From NCBI GenBank assembly GCA_903929185.1, contig CAIYTS010000140.1, positions 1-63,490 on the forward strand: DNA of 63,490 nucleotides, given 5' to 3'. Source of the stretch: an uncultured Acidimicrobiaceae bacterium. GTDB lineage: Bacteria > Actinomycetota > Acidimicrobiia > Acidimicrobiales > Ilumatobacteraceae. The notes under the pieces were generated by a model. The model was not told where the DNA came from. It saw only the letters and a list, made by a program, of their open reading frames with translations, and searched no databases. Both the position numbers and the translations under genes were made by a program. Positions 26,997 through 36,041 of this stretch are shown here, piece by piece (the first letter of the stretch is position 1; each line of letters starts with the position of its first letter).

Positions 26997-28163
26997 ATGT
27001 TGAGAATTGGAATAGTGAGCCCGTACAGCCTCACGGTTCCTGGGGGAGTTCAGCAGCAAGTCCTTGGTCTGGCGCGGAGTTTGCGCGCTAAGGGGCATGA
27101 GGTTCGAGTCCTTGGTCCATGTGATGGTCCGCCTCCCGATGCATTCGTGACGCCCCTTGGCAACAGTCTTCCCACCGCAGTGAACGGTTCTATCGCCCCA
27201 CTTGCCCCCGATGCGTCGGCTGCACTGCGCACCATTCGCGCACTGAACGACGAAGCGTTTGATGTGGTGCATGTGCATGAACCTTTGGTGCCGGGGCCGT
27301 CGTTGACTGCGCTTCTCGTCAAGATGGCCCCGGTTGTTGCCACTTTCCATTCAGCAGGGGAGTCAGCTGCGTATCGCACGTTCTCGCGACAATTGAAATG
27401 GGTGGCATCACGTATCGACATTCGTGTCGCAGTTTCGAAAGATGCAGTTGAGTTAGCACAGCGATACATCGGTGGCGACTACGAAGTGTTGTTTAACGGA
27501 ATCGAACTCAACGACTATGCATCATCTTCTACAACGCCGCGTGAGAATGCAATTTTCTTTATTGGCCGACATGAAGAACGCAAAGGTCTCAGCAACCTTC
27601 TCGAAGCTCTCGCACAACTTCCGCTTGACGTGCGTTTGTGGATTGCATCCGATGGGCCACAGACCGCAGAACTTAAGACGCGATTCGCCTCAGACTCACG
27701 CATTGAATGGCTGGGTCGAATTTCTGATTCAGAAAAAATCAGCCGTATGAGTCGTGCATCGGTGTTCTGTGCTCCCTCGCTACACGGTGAGTCGTTCGGC
27801 GTCGTGCTGCTTGAAGCAATGGCTGCAGGTACGCCGGTAGTAGCGAGCAACCTCGATGGGTATCGCAATGTGGCAACCGACAATGAAACTGCTTTGCTCG
27901 TTGAAATCGGCAATGTCGCCAGCCTGGCATCGGCACTTACTCGCGTATTGACTGAACCTCAATTGGCGACGCGACTCACGGCAAACGGGCGCGAGCATGC
28001 TCAGGGCTTTTCGATGGATGCTCTCGCTGATCGATATATCGAGATGTATGAACGGGCATTGCATATGGAAGCAACAAACATCACCACCATCAAGGTGCCC
28101 CGTATGCTGAAGCGGTTCGAAGATCGTTTTTTACGACGATCACATCTTGATGGCGGGCGATAA
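26997..28163 (+). CDS. pimA: GT4 family glycosyltransferase, phosphatidylinositol alpha-mannosyltransferase (PimA-like)
   Basis: 388 aa starting MLRIGIVSPYSLTVPGGVQQQVLGLARSLRAKGHEV, close to the PimA N-terminus I remember. It has the EX7E region (ESFGVVLLEAMAAGTPVV). Confidence 0.85.
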   Translation: MLRIGIVSPYSLTVPGGVQQQVLGLARSLRAKGHEVRVLGPCDGPPPDAFVTPLGNSLPTAVNGSIAPLAPDASAALRTIRALNDEAFDVVHVHEPLVPGPSLTALLVKMAPVVATFHSAGESAAYRTFSRQLKWVASRIDIRVAVSKDAVELAQRYIGGDYEVLFNGIELNDYASSSTTPRENAIFFIGRHEERKGLSNLLEALAQLPLDVRLWIASDGPQTAELKTRFASDSRIEWLGRISDSEKISRMSRASVFCAPSLHGESFGVVLLEAMAAGTPVVASNLDGYRNVATDNETALLVEIGNVASLASALTRVLTEPQLATRLTANGREHAQGFSMDALADRYIEMYERALHMEATNITTIKVPRMLKRFEDRFLRRSHLDGGR

Positions 28164-28196
28164 GGGTTGACAGTTGTCAACTCTGTGAAAGGACAT

Positions 28197-29015
28197 ATGA
28201 ATCAACGTCAATGGATTCCCATCGAGGAATCGAGTCAGTCTCAGGCACGTCGCATGTTTGCGTTTCCCGTTTCGTTCACTCTTGCCATCACCATCATTTT
28301 TCTTATTATCGGATTCATTATTGGCTTTCCTGTAATTGCAGCCGTTGTTGGTGCTGCTATTTCTGGCGGCTTCATGTGGAACGTGTATCGCAATAGCAAT
28401 GAAGTTGTTTTGAAGATGGTGGGTGGCTTGCCCGCCTCGGAACATGAACATGCTCGTCTCTTTAATGTCATCGACGGACTGTGTGTCGTCGGAGGCGATC
28501 CACGACCAGCACTGCGTGTTGTCGGTATTGAATATCCCGTTGCACTTGCCGTCGGTATGCCAGGGGAAGCCGGAACAATCGTGGTGTCAGCTGGATTTTT
28601 GAAAACGATGGGACGCGTCGAAATGGAAGCCGTCATGGCACACATTATGTGGCGACTACGAACCGGTGACATTGGTCTCACGACGTACATGTTGGCGTTA
28701 ACTGCTGCGGTTCAGAGGTTCGGTGGAGACAAGGTGATGAAGGCAGTCATTGCTCGTGTCGCAGACGAGCGAACTGTGATGTGGGCGGATGTTGCTGCAT
28801 GTCAAGCAACTCGCTATCCGCCTGCAATGGTGTCTGCCCTAGAAATTGTGGAGCAAGCAGCTGGCATTCCGCTTGGGCGAATTGGCGCTCAGCCGTTGTG
28901 GTTTGCAACTCCCGATTCAACGGGGGATGACAGTAATTCGCTGGGCGGTGGGTCTACTATGGCGTTTGCGCGTCCGCCATTGGCTGACCGTATTGCTGTT
29001 CTCAAGGAGATCTGA
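28197..29015 (+). CDS. M48/HtpX-like membrane protein with degenerate zinc-binding motif (probable pseudopeptidase)
   Basis: ATG 28197 has a GAAAGGA SD; the ORF track start is 28167. Two N-terminal TM helices. VEMEAVMAHIMWRLRTGD aligns with the HtpX ELEAVLAHELxHIxxxD, but HExxH is replaced by HIMWR. The C-terminal ARPPLADRIAVL resembles the M48 HPPxxxRI tail. Confidence 0.65.
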   Translation: MNQRQWIPIEESSQSQARRMFAFPVSFTLAITIIFLIIGFIIGFPVIAAVVGAAISGGFMWNVYRNSNEVVLKMVGGLPASEHEHARLFNVIDGLCVVGGDPRPALRVVGIEYPVALAVGMPGEAGTIVVSAGFLKTMGRVEMEAVMAHIMWRLRTGDIGLTTYMLALTAAVQRFGGDKVMKAVIARVADERTVMWADVAACQATRYPPAMVSALEIVEQAAGIPLGRIGAQPLWFATPDSTGDDSNSLGGGSTMAFARPPLADRIAVLKEI

Positions 29016-29016
29016 C

Positions 29017-30093
29017 ATGTTGAAATCACACCGCACTCTTGTTCGTCTATCGGTAGCCACCGTCTTGGTATCCATTCTCGCAGCCTGCGGAGGTGGCGGG
29101 AAAAGCGCAGATACAACTGCGTGGGTTGACCCACTCACAACAACTCCGCCAGTTCCTGGGTACCCACTCACCGGACTTCCTATTACTGACCAAGCTGCAG
29201 CAACACGTGTTGCCTTGGTAACAAAGATTGACAACCATCCAGGTGCTCGTCCTCAAACTGGTCTGAACAAAGCTGACATCGTGTTTGAAGAAAATGTTGA
29301 GTCACTCACTCGTTTCGCAGCAGTATTCCAAAGCCAGGGCAGCGATCCAGTGGGTCCATTACGTAGTGGTCGTACTCAAGACATCGACATTCTTGGTTCG
29401 CTGAACAAGCCGTTGTTCGCATGGAGCGGTGGTAACTACCGTGTAACTAAAGCGATCAACGCAAGTGACATGGTCAATGTCGGCTACAGCGCGTCTCATG
29501 GTAAGGGCGGGTATTACCGCGAAAAGACCATGAAGGCTCCACACAACTTGTTCGCAAAGACTTCAGATCTTTGGACACTTGCGCCTGCAGGATCTGCAGC
29601 TCCAAAGCCACAGTTCCTGTATCGCACTTCTAGTGATGCAAAGCCTTCAACATCAACAGCAATTGATGGCGCAAAGATTTCGATGTACAACGTGCGCGTC
29701 TACTGGAAATGGGACGCAGCAACCGGGAACTTCTTGCGCAGCAGCGACAACGACAAGCGCGTTCTTGAGCCACACATGACAGATGACGGACAAGTCAACA
29801 CAAAGAACGTCGTCGTTCTCTACGTCACATACGTTCGAAGCAAGGCTGACCGCAAGAGCCCGAACGCTCTCACCACAGGTAAGGGCACGGGCTTTGTCAT
29901 GACAGACGGCGGCATCATCCCCATCACGTGGTTGCGCGGAAACCGCAAAGTTCCGTTCTCGCTCATCGACGCCAACAATCAGTATGTTCGCTTGACTCCA
30001 GGCCGTACCTGGGTTGAATTGGCTTGGAAGAACTCCTTGGCTCCAGTAGCTCCAGGAATTGATCCTTCCAAGGTCCCATTCCCAGCGGTCTAA
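29017..30093 (+). CDS. DUF3048 domain-containing lipoprotein
   Basis: ATG 29017 with an AAGGAGA SD (29004-29010), 1 nt after the upstream stop. Signal peptide with lipobox SILAAC-GGGG. The ORF track N-terminal extension (28846) overlaps the upstream gene and is rejected. Confidence 0.8.
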   Translation: MLKSHRTLVRLSVATVLVSILAACGGGGKSADTTAWVDPLTTTPPVPGYPLTGLPITDQAAATRVALVTKIDNHPGARPQTGLNKADIVFEENVESLTRFAAVFQSQGSDPVGPLRSGRTQDIDILGSLNKPLFAWSGGNYRVTKAINASDMVNVGYSASHGKGGYYREKTMKAPHNLFAKTSDLWTLAPAGSAAPKPQFLYRTSSDAKPSTSTAIDGAKISMYNVRVYWKWDAATGNFLRSSDNDKRVLEPHMTDDGQVNTKNVVVLYVTYVRSKADRKSPNALTTGKGTGFVMTDGGIIPITWLRGNRKVPFSLIDANNQYVRLTPGRTWVELAWKNSLAPVAPGIDPSKVPFPAV

Positions 30094-30135
30094 AGCCATG
30101 AATCACATGGGGCGACATCGTGTCGCCTCGGTACG

Positions 30136-31047
30136 ATGACAGGCATGGTTTCTACTAACGGTTCGTCGTCAACAGGCACACAACGCGTCAAGCGCGGGTT
30201 GGCCGAGATGTTGAAGGGCGGCGTCATTATGGACGTCGTCAACTCTGATCAGGCAAAGATCGCAGAAGATGCTGGTGCGTGCGCTGTCATGGCGCTCGAA
30301 CGAGTACCTGCTGATATTCGTCGTGATGGTGGCGTAGCTCGCATGAGTGACCCAGAAATGATCCAAGCCATTCAAGCAAGCGTTCATATCCCTGTAATGG
30401 CAAAAGCTCGCATCGGTCATTTCGTTGAAGCACAGATTCTTCAATCTCTGGGTGTTGACTTCATTGACGAATCAGAAGTTCTGACTCCGGCAGATGAAAC
30501 ACACCACATCGACAAGTTCGATTTCACTATTCCGTTCGTATGTGGAGCCACCAACTTGGGTGAAGCACTTCGTCGCATCTCTGAAGGTGCTGCATTGATT
30601 CGTTCAAAGGGTGAAGCAGGCACCGGAAACATTGTTGAAGCAGTTCGACACCTTCGTTCAATCCTCGGAGACATTCGTAAAATTACACAAGCTGATTCAG
30701 CTGAATTATTCGAATGGGCAAAGAGGCTTCAAGCCCCATTGTCGTTGGTGCAAGAAATTGCAGAGACCGGAAAATTGCAGGTGCCACTGTTCTGTGCAGG
30801 CGGCATTGCAACTCCAGCAGATGCAGCGCTCGCTATGCAGCTCGGTGCAGAATCAGTTTTTGTTGGTTCAGGCATCTTTAAGAGCGATGACCCAGCACCA
30901 CGCGCCAAAGCAATTGTGGAAGCAACCACTCACTTCCGTGATGCAGATGTTCTTGCTCGTGTGAGCCGTGGTCTTGGTGTAGCCATGACCGGCATTGCAA
31001 TGGACGAGATCAACGACACGCAGCGTTTCGCGTCGCGCGGTTGGTAA
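30136..31047 (+). CDS. pdxS: Pyridoxal 5'-phosphate synthase lyase subunit PdxS
   Basis: [56 protein letters not shown] is classic PdxS. The in-frame ATG 30145 is an alternative (possibly leaderless) start. Confidence 0.96.
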   Translation: MTGMVSTNGSSSTGTQRVKRGLAEMLKGGVIMDVVNSDQAKIAEDAGACAVMALERVPADIRRDGGVARMSDPEMIQAIQASVHIPVMAKARIGHFVEAQILQSLGVDFIDESEVLTPADETHHIDKFDFTIPFVCGATNLGEALRRISEGAALIRSKGEAGTGNIVEAVRHLRSILGDIRKITQADSAELFEWAKRLQAPLSLVQEIAETGKLQVPLFCAGGIATPADAALAMQLGAESVFVGSGIFKSDDPAPRAKAIVEATTHFRDADVLARVSRGLGVAMTGIAMDEINDTQRFASRGW

Positions 31048-31058
31048 ATCAGCCATGA

Positions 31059-31658
31059 ATGCGAGGCCCCCGGGTGAACATGCAGGTTGGTGTACTTGCG
31101 CTTCAAGGAGCCTTCGCTGCTCATTCTGAATGCTTAACGTCAATTGGCGTGCAATCAGTTGAAATCCGCACTCCTGAACAACTTGGCTCAGTCGATGCCT
31201 TATTGATGCCAGGCGGGGAGTCAAGCACGATGTCTCAACTCTTGGAGTCATCGGGATTATTTGATCCCATTGCAGCTCGCATTGCAGATGGCATGCCAGT
31301 GTTCGGTACTTGTGCCGGAATGATTTTGCTTGCCTCTGAAATTTTGGATGGCCGCAGTGATCAACGGAGTTTTTCCGCAATTGATATTTCGGTTCGACGC
31401 AACGCTTTCGGTCGTCAGGTTGATTCGTTCGAAGCCAACATTGATAGTTCCGTCGGTGAGTTTCATGGGGTGTTTATTCGGGCTCCCCGAATTGAACGTG
31501 TTGGCGTTGGGGTAGAAGTTCTTGGAAGCATTAATGATGAACCCGTTCTCGTACGTCAAGGGAATGTGTTAGCCGCTTCATTTCATCCTGAATTGTCAAA
31601 TGATGCTCGACTTCACGAGTATTTTGTATCTCTAACCGCAAAAAAGAAAAAGGTGTAG
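31059..31658 (+). CDS. pdxT: Pyridoxal 5'-phosphate synthase glutaminase subunit PdxT
   Basis: GVLALQGAFAAH, GTCAG (catalytic Cys) and FHPE motifs. The alternative start is ATG 31080. Confidence 0.93.
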   Translation: MRGPRVNMQVGVLALQGAFAAHSECLTSIGVQSVEIRTPEQLGSVDALLMPGGESSTMSQLLESSGLFDPIAARIADGMPVFGTCAGMILLASEILDGRSDQRSFSAIDISVRRNAFGRQVDSFEANIDSSVGEFHGVFIRAPRIERVGVGVEVLGSINDEPVLVRQGNVLAASFHPELSNDARLHEYFVSLTAKKKKV

Positions 31659-31661
31659 CCA

Positions 31662-32408
31662 ATGTCTGGACATTCCAAATGGGCAACAATCAAACACAAA
31701 AAGGGTGCCATTGATAAAGCGCGTGGCAAGTTGTTTGCGAAACTCGCACGACAACTTGAAGTCGCAGCACGCACAGGCGGAATGGACGTAGACACAAATG
31801 CCGCACTTCGCACCATGGTGCAAAAGGCCAAGGCTGGTCAGATGACCAAGGACGCTATTGATCGTGCAATTAAGCGTGGTGGCGGTGAAACTGGTGGCGC
31901 TAACTATGAGTCAATCATGTACGAGGGGTATGCACCAGGTGGTGTTGCTTTACTTGTTGATGTGCTGACTGATAATCGCAATCGCACCGCATCTGATGTT
32001 CGTAATGCTTTTACAAAATTCGGCGGTTCGCTTGCAGAGCCCGGAGCTGTCAGTTGGCAGTTCGCTCGTCGCGGTCTCATCGTTGTGGCTGGCGCGGTGG
32101 AAGAAGACACTGTGATGACGGCTGCTCTTGAGGCCGGGGCTGATGACATTGAAAAAGATGGCGATACGTGGCGTGTGCTCACTGATTCATCAGTGGTGTA
32201 CGAGGTGAAAGACGCGCTCGAAGGCGCTGGCATTGAAGTTCTCAGCGCGGAAAGCACGATGGTGTCTGCAAATACCATCGAAGTCACCGATCTTGACGAT
32301 GCTCGTCATATTTTGCGTATTATGGACATGTTGGATGAAAGTGATGACGTACAAGACGTCTACGCGAACTTCGACATTGAAGAATCACTCATGCAGGAGA
32401 TCGAATAA
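31662..32408 (+). CDS. yebC: YebC/PmpR family DNA-binding transcriptional regulator
   Basis: 248 aa starting [28 protein letters not shown], an invariant family N-terminus. Confidence 0.95.
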   Translation: MSGHSKWATIKHKKGAIDKARGKLFAKLARQLEVAARTGGMDVDTNAALRTMVQKAKAGQMTKDAIDRAIKRGGGETGGANYESIMYEGYAPGGVALLVDVLTDNRNRTASDVRNAFTKFGGSLAEPGAVSWQFARRGLIVVAGAVEEDTVMTAALEAGADDIEKDGDTWRVLTDSSVVYEVKDALEGAGIEVLSAESTMVSANTIEVTDLDDARHILRIMDMLDESDDVQDVYANFDIEESLMQEIE

Positions 32409-32860
32409 TGGCAATTTCAGTCGGCGATCTCGCCCCCGATTTCACGCTTCCAGCAACAGGCGGAAAGTCTGTGACCCTGTCCTCGTTTCGTGGTCAACCT
32501 GTCGTGCTTGTGTTCTATCCAGGTGACGACACGCCGGTGTGTACGAAACAGCTCAATTCCTATAACAACGAACTCTCAGCTTTTGAAGGTGTCGGAGCTC
32601 AAGTATTGGCAGTGTCTGCTCAAGACATCGCCAGCCATGAGCAATTCTCCTCGAAGCATGGCTTTGCTTTCCCGTTGCTGGCAGACACCGATAAGGCCGT
32701 TGCGTCGCTCTATGGCACTGTGGGCCCCCTTGGGTTTTCACGCCGCAGCGTGTTTGTCATCAATGCCGCTGGCGCCATCACCTACGCCCACCGAGCCATT
32801 GCCGGCATCACGTATCGCCCTGTAGACGAACTTGTGGCGGCAGTCGAAGCTTCTCGCTGA
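32408..32860 (+). CDS. bcp: Peroxiredoxin (Bcp/PrxQ type thiol peroxidase)
   Basis: 150 aa with [17 protein letters not shown] (peroxidatic Cys motif). TAATG overlap with yebC. Confidence 0.88.
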   Translation: MAISVGDLAPDFTLPATGGKSVTLSSFRGQPVVLVFYPGDDTPVCTKQLNSYNNELSAFEGVGAQVLAVSAQDIASHEQFSSKHGFAFPLLADTDKAVASLYGTVGPLGFSRRSVFVINAAGAITYAHRAIAGITYRPVDELVAAVEASR

Positions 32861-32901
32861 TATTCACCCCAGTCCCGTTCGGGTGGGTTACAATCAAACA
32901 T

Positions 32902-33447
32902 ATGTTCGCCCAGGCCTCCGCTGCGTCCCCCCATGTGGTTCTCGGAATTGACCCTGGCTTAACCCGTTGTGGGTATGCAGTTCTGGAGATGTCGTCCCAC
33001 CAAAACATTCGAGCCGTGGCTATCGGAGTCATTCGTACGCCGCCCAGCAGTCCCATCCACGAGAGGCTCGCTGAGATTCACGGCGAAATGGAATCCCTGC
33101 TCGCTCAATTTCGGCCAGATGCAGTTGCTATCGAGCAAGTCTTTTTCCAGAACAATGTGCGCACAGCCATGGGTGTCGGACAGGCAAGTGGCATCGTGTT
33201 GGCGTTAGCCAGTCGCGCAGGGTGCGCCGTTGCCCAATACACGCCTTCTCAAGTGAAGAACACAATCGTCGGGTGGGGAAGTGCAACTAAAGATCAGATC
33301 GGGCACATGGTGCAACAACGTCTGAATCTTGCAACAATTCCGCAACCAGCGGACGCCGCTGATGCTGCAGCTATCGCCCTATGTCATTGCTCTATTGCTC
33401 CGTTTATTGCGTCACGTGATGCAGCTATTGCTCGGAGTGCGCGATGA
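32902..33447 (+). CDS. ruvC: Crossover junction endodeoxyribonuclease RuvC
   Basis: 181 aa with VLGIDPGLTRCGYAV and the RNase H-like fold. A TACAAT box lies 7 nt upstream of the ATG and there is no SD. Confidence 0.93.
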   Translation: MFAQASAASPHVVLGIDPGLTRCGYAVLEMSSHQNIRAVAIGVIRTPPSSPIHERLAEIHGEMESLLAQFRPDAVAIEQVFFQNNVRTAMGVGQASGIVLALASRAGCAVAQYTPSQVKNTIVGWGSATKDQIGHMVQQRLNLATIPQPADAADAAAIALCHCSIAPFIASRDAAIARSAR

Positions 33448-34037
33448 TCGGAAGTTTGCGCGGAACAGTTCTTGAACGCTGTACGCCAAACACGGTGCTC
33501 CTTGAAGTGGCTGGTGTTGGTTATCTCTGCAATGTCACGTCATCAACGTTTGGTGAACTTGAACCAACAGTGGTTGCGTTCCTGCATATTCATCATCACA
33601 TTCGCGAAGACAACCAAACATTGTTCGGCTTTACGTCGCGAGTCGAGCGAGACACGTTTGACATCCTGCTTGCCACACATGGCATTGGGCCATCGATGGC
33701 AATGGCAATTTTGTCTACGTATTCTCCAACCGCACTGGTAACGGTTGTGGCATCCGGAGATCTGGCGGCGCTCACAATTGTTCCGGGTGTTGGCAAAAAG
33801 ACTGCAGAACGGCTCATGGTTGAACTGAAATCACGACTACATCTTGACGGCCTTAGTTCTGCAGATTCAATCGATTCGGTCCAGTCAAGTGCAGCAGATG
33901 TGCGTGATGCGCTCACAGCACTCGGATACGGAACAGATGAAATTCGCGACACGATGCGTTTGTTGGTATCTGCGTCAGATTCAGAAACTATGTTGCGCGA
34001 TGCGCTTGCCGTGTTAGGAGCCCGTCGTGCGGGATGA
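33444..34037 (+). CDS. ruvA: Holliday junction branch migration complex subunit RuvA
   Basis: 197 aa starting MIGSLRGTV, with HhH motifs ([12 protein letters not shown]). ATGA overlap with ruvC. Confidence 0.95.
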   Translation: MIGSLRGTVLERCTPNTVLLEVAGVGYLCNVTSSTFGELEPTVVAFLHIHHHIREDNQTLFGFTSRVERDTFDILLATHGIGPSMAMAILSTYSPTALVTVVASGDLAALTIVPGVGKKTAERLMVELKSRLHLDGLSSADSIDSVQSSAADVRDALTALGYGTDEIRDTMRLLVSASDSETMLRDALAVLGARRAG

Positions 34038-35019
34038 ATTTCTTGAACCAATTCTTGCGTCTGATCGCGAGGTCGCAGATGAAGTGGGCTTGCGTCCTCG
34101 CTTGCTTGATGATTTCGTCGGTCAGCGTGAACTAAAAGAACATCTCGACATTGTTCTCGGAGCTGCAAAGCAACGTGGTCAAGCCGCCGACCATATTTTG
34201 TTGGCAGGGCCTCCCGGTCTTGGAAAGACCACGATGGCATGCATCGTTGCTGCCGAAATGGGAGTCGCGCTACACATCACCAGTGGTCCGGCGTTAGAAC
34301 GCGCTGGTGACCTTGCTGCAATTCTCACCAAGCTCGGCGAAGGCGATGTGTTGTTCATCGACGAGATCCATCGTCTGTCTCGACCTGTTGAAGAAATTCT
34401 GTATCCGGCCATGGAGGACTTTCAGATTGACATCGTGGTTGGCAAGGGGCCAGCTGCTTCGTCGATCAGGCTCACATTGCCCAGGTTCACTCTGATCGGC
34501 GCCACAACACGAACAGGCATGATCACTGGCCCGTTACGAGATCGCTTCGGACTTGTTGCTCGACTCGATTATTACGATGCAGTCGAACTTGATGCAATTG
34601 TTCAGCGCACGTCTCGAATTCTCGATGTTCCTCTCTCAGATGATGCATCTCTGCATATCGCGCGTCGCAGTAGGGGCACTCCGCGTATTGCAAACAGACT
34701 GTTGCGTCGCGTGCGCGACTTTGCAGAAGTTCGCGGAGACGGCACAATCAACTCTGATACTGCTCTTGAGGCACTTCGTATTTTCGGTGTCGATGAACTC
34801 GGACTCGACAAAGTAGACCGAGCAATCTTGCGAAGTTTGTGCGAACAGTTTGATGGCGGCCCTGTGGGGCTCACCACTTTGGCAATAGCCGTGGGTGAGC
34901 AACCAGAAACGGTTGAAGACGTCTACGAGCCGTTCCTCATTCAGCAAGGGCTTATTGCTCGCACGCCACGTGGCCGAGTAGCCATGGATGCTGCCCGTTC
35001 GCACCTTGCGAACCCGTAG
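34027..35019 (+). CDS. ruvB: Holliday junction branch migration DNA helicase RuvB
   Basis: 330 aa with [12 protein letters not shown], Walker [16 protein letters not shown] and [16 protein letters not shown]. Confidence 0.97.
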   Translation: MRDEFLEPILASDREVADEVGLRPRLLDDFVGQRELKEHLDIVLGAAKQRGQAADHILLAGPPGLGKTTMACIVAAEMGVALHITSGPALERAGDLAAILTKLGEGDVLFIDEIHRLSRPVEEILYPAMEDFQIDIVVGKGPAASSIRLTLPRFTLIGATTRTGMITGPLRDRFGLVARLDYYDAVELDAIVQRTSRILDVPLSDDASLHIARRSRGTPRIANRLLRRVRDFAEVRGDGTINSDTALEALRIFGVDELGLDKVDRAILRSLCEQFDGGPVGLTTLAIAVGEQPETVEDVYEPFLIQQGLIARTPRGRVAMDAARSHLANP

Positions 35020-35028
35020 CCTCGTTGC

Positions 35029-36030
35029 GTGCATCTTTCTGACATTGACTATGAGCTTCCTGAGAAACTCATTGCTCAACATCCTGTAGAACCCCGCGAC
35101 TCTGCGCGATTATTGGTCGCTACTCATCCAGACCGCTTTGAACATAAACACATGACTGATCTAGTCGACATGCTCGAGGCTGGTGATGTGCTGGTGGTGA
35201 ATGACACACGAGTGTTGCCTGCGCGGCTGGCTCTCCATCGCAAAACGGGTGGAGCAGCAGAAGTATTGCTGTTAGAGCAGCGGTCATCTGATTTTCGGCT
35301 ATGGGAAGCGTTGGTGAAGCCAGCGAGCAAACTGAAACCAGATGAAGTTCTCGAATATTTCGGCAAGCGCGTCGTTCGTGTTGGGCCACGTACAGAAGCC
35401 GGCGACACGTTTGTCGTTGAGTTACTTGATGAGAATCCGATGGAATTGTTGCAACGCATTGGTGCCATGCCACTACCTCCGTATATCCGAAGTTCTCTTA
35501 CAGATCTTGAGCGGTATCAAACGATCTATGCACGACGGATGGCCAGTGCAGCTGCGCCCACTGCAGGCCTTCATTTCACACCTGAGCTCATGACCAAAAT
35601 TGTCGCAAAAGGCGTCACGGTGGAGACTGTGGAATTGGTGGTTGGTCTCGACACGTTCAAGCCGATCTCTACTGATGATCCGCTAGACCATCTCATTCAC
35701 TCAGAGTTCTATTCAGTTGAACAACGAGTCATGGATGCATGTCGCGATGCAAAGCGAGTCATTGCAGTCGGTACTACTGCCACTCGGGCCTTGGAGTCAG
35801 TTGCTGCAACAGGTCAGTTGTCAGGACGTACCTCGTTGTTTATTACTCCAGGTTTTGAGTGGAAAGTTGTTGACCTGATGTTGACAAACTTTCATTTACC
35901 GAAGACCTCGCTGTTGTTAATGATTGAATCGTTCATTGGTCCTCGGTGGCGAGACATATACGCAGAAGCCATTTCTCAGCAATATCGGTTTTTGTCTTTT
36001 GGCGATGCCATGCTGTTAGCGCGTTCGTAA
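35029..36030 (+). CDS. queA: tRNA preQ1(34) S-adenosylmethionine ribosyltransferase-isomerase QueA
   Basis: 333 aa with DYELPEKLIAQHPVEPRDSARLLV, LPPYI and GLHFT motifs. Confidence 0.94.
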   Translation: MHLSDIDYELPEKLIAQHPVEPRDSARLLVATHPDRFEHKHMTDLVDMLEAGDVLVVNDTRVLPARLALHRKTGGAAEVLLLEQRSSDFRLWEALVKPASKLKPDEVLEYFGKRVVRVGPRTEAGDTFVVELLDENPMELLQRIGAMPLPPYIRSSLTDLERYQTIYARRMASAAAPTAGLHFTPELMTKIVAKGVTVETVELVVGLDTFKPISTDDPLDHLIHSEFYSVEQRVMDACRDAKRVIAVGTTATRALESVAATGQLSGRTSLFITPGFEWKVVDLMLTNFHLPKTSLLLMIESFIGPRWRDIYAEAISQQYRFLSFGDAMLLARS

Positions 36031-36041
36031 AGGCTGATTAC

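Noticed and set aside
27096-27112. GGTTCGAGTCC, a tRNA T-loop-like motif
   Set aside because: It lies inside the pimA coding sequence (KGHEVRVLGP). There are no acceptor, D or anticodon arms around it. I found no tRNA genes anywhere in the window.
28846-29016. N-terminal extensions offered by the ORF track for DUF3048 (28846), tgt (35946), nitroreductase (13441), efp (56807), aroQ (55291), mltG (49993) and the PIM acyltransferase (23199)
   Set aside because: Each extension overlaps the upstream gene by 30-170 nt and encodes atypical sequence. Internal starts give canonical N-termini, with an SD or a stop/start overlap.
30098-30139. 13-codon uORF ([13 protein letters not shown]) ending in an ATGA overlap with the pdxS ATG at 30136 and spanning the hairpin GGCGACA-TCG-TGTCGCC (30111-30127)
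   Set aside because: It has no SD. A TACGAT box at 30132-30137 fits a leaderless pdxS start at 30145 better. The hairpin is more simply a weak terminator for the DUF3048 gene. The pattern could arise by chance.
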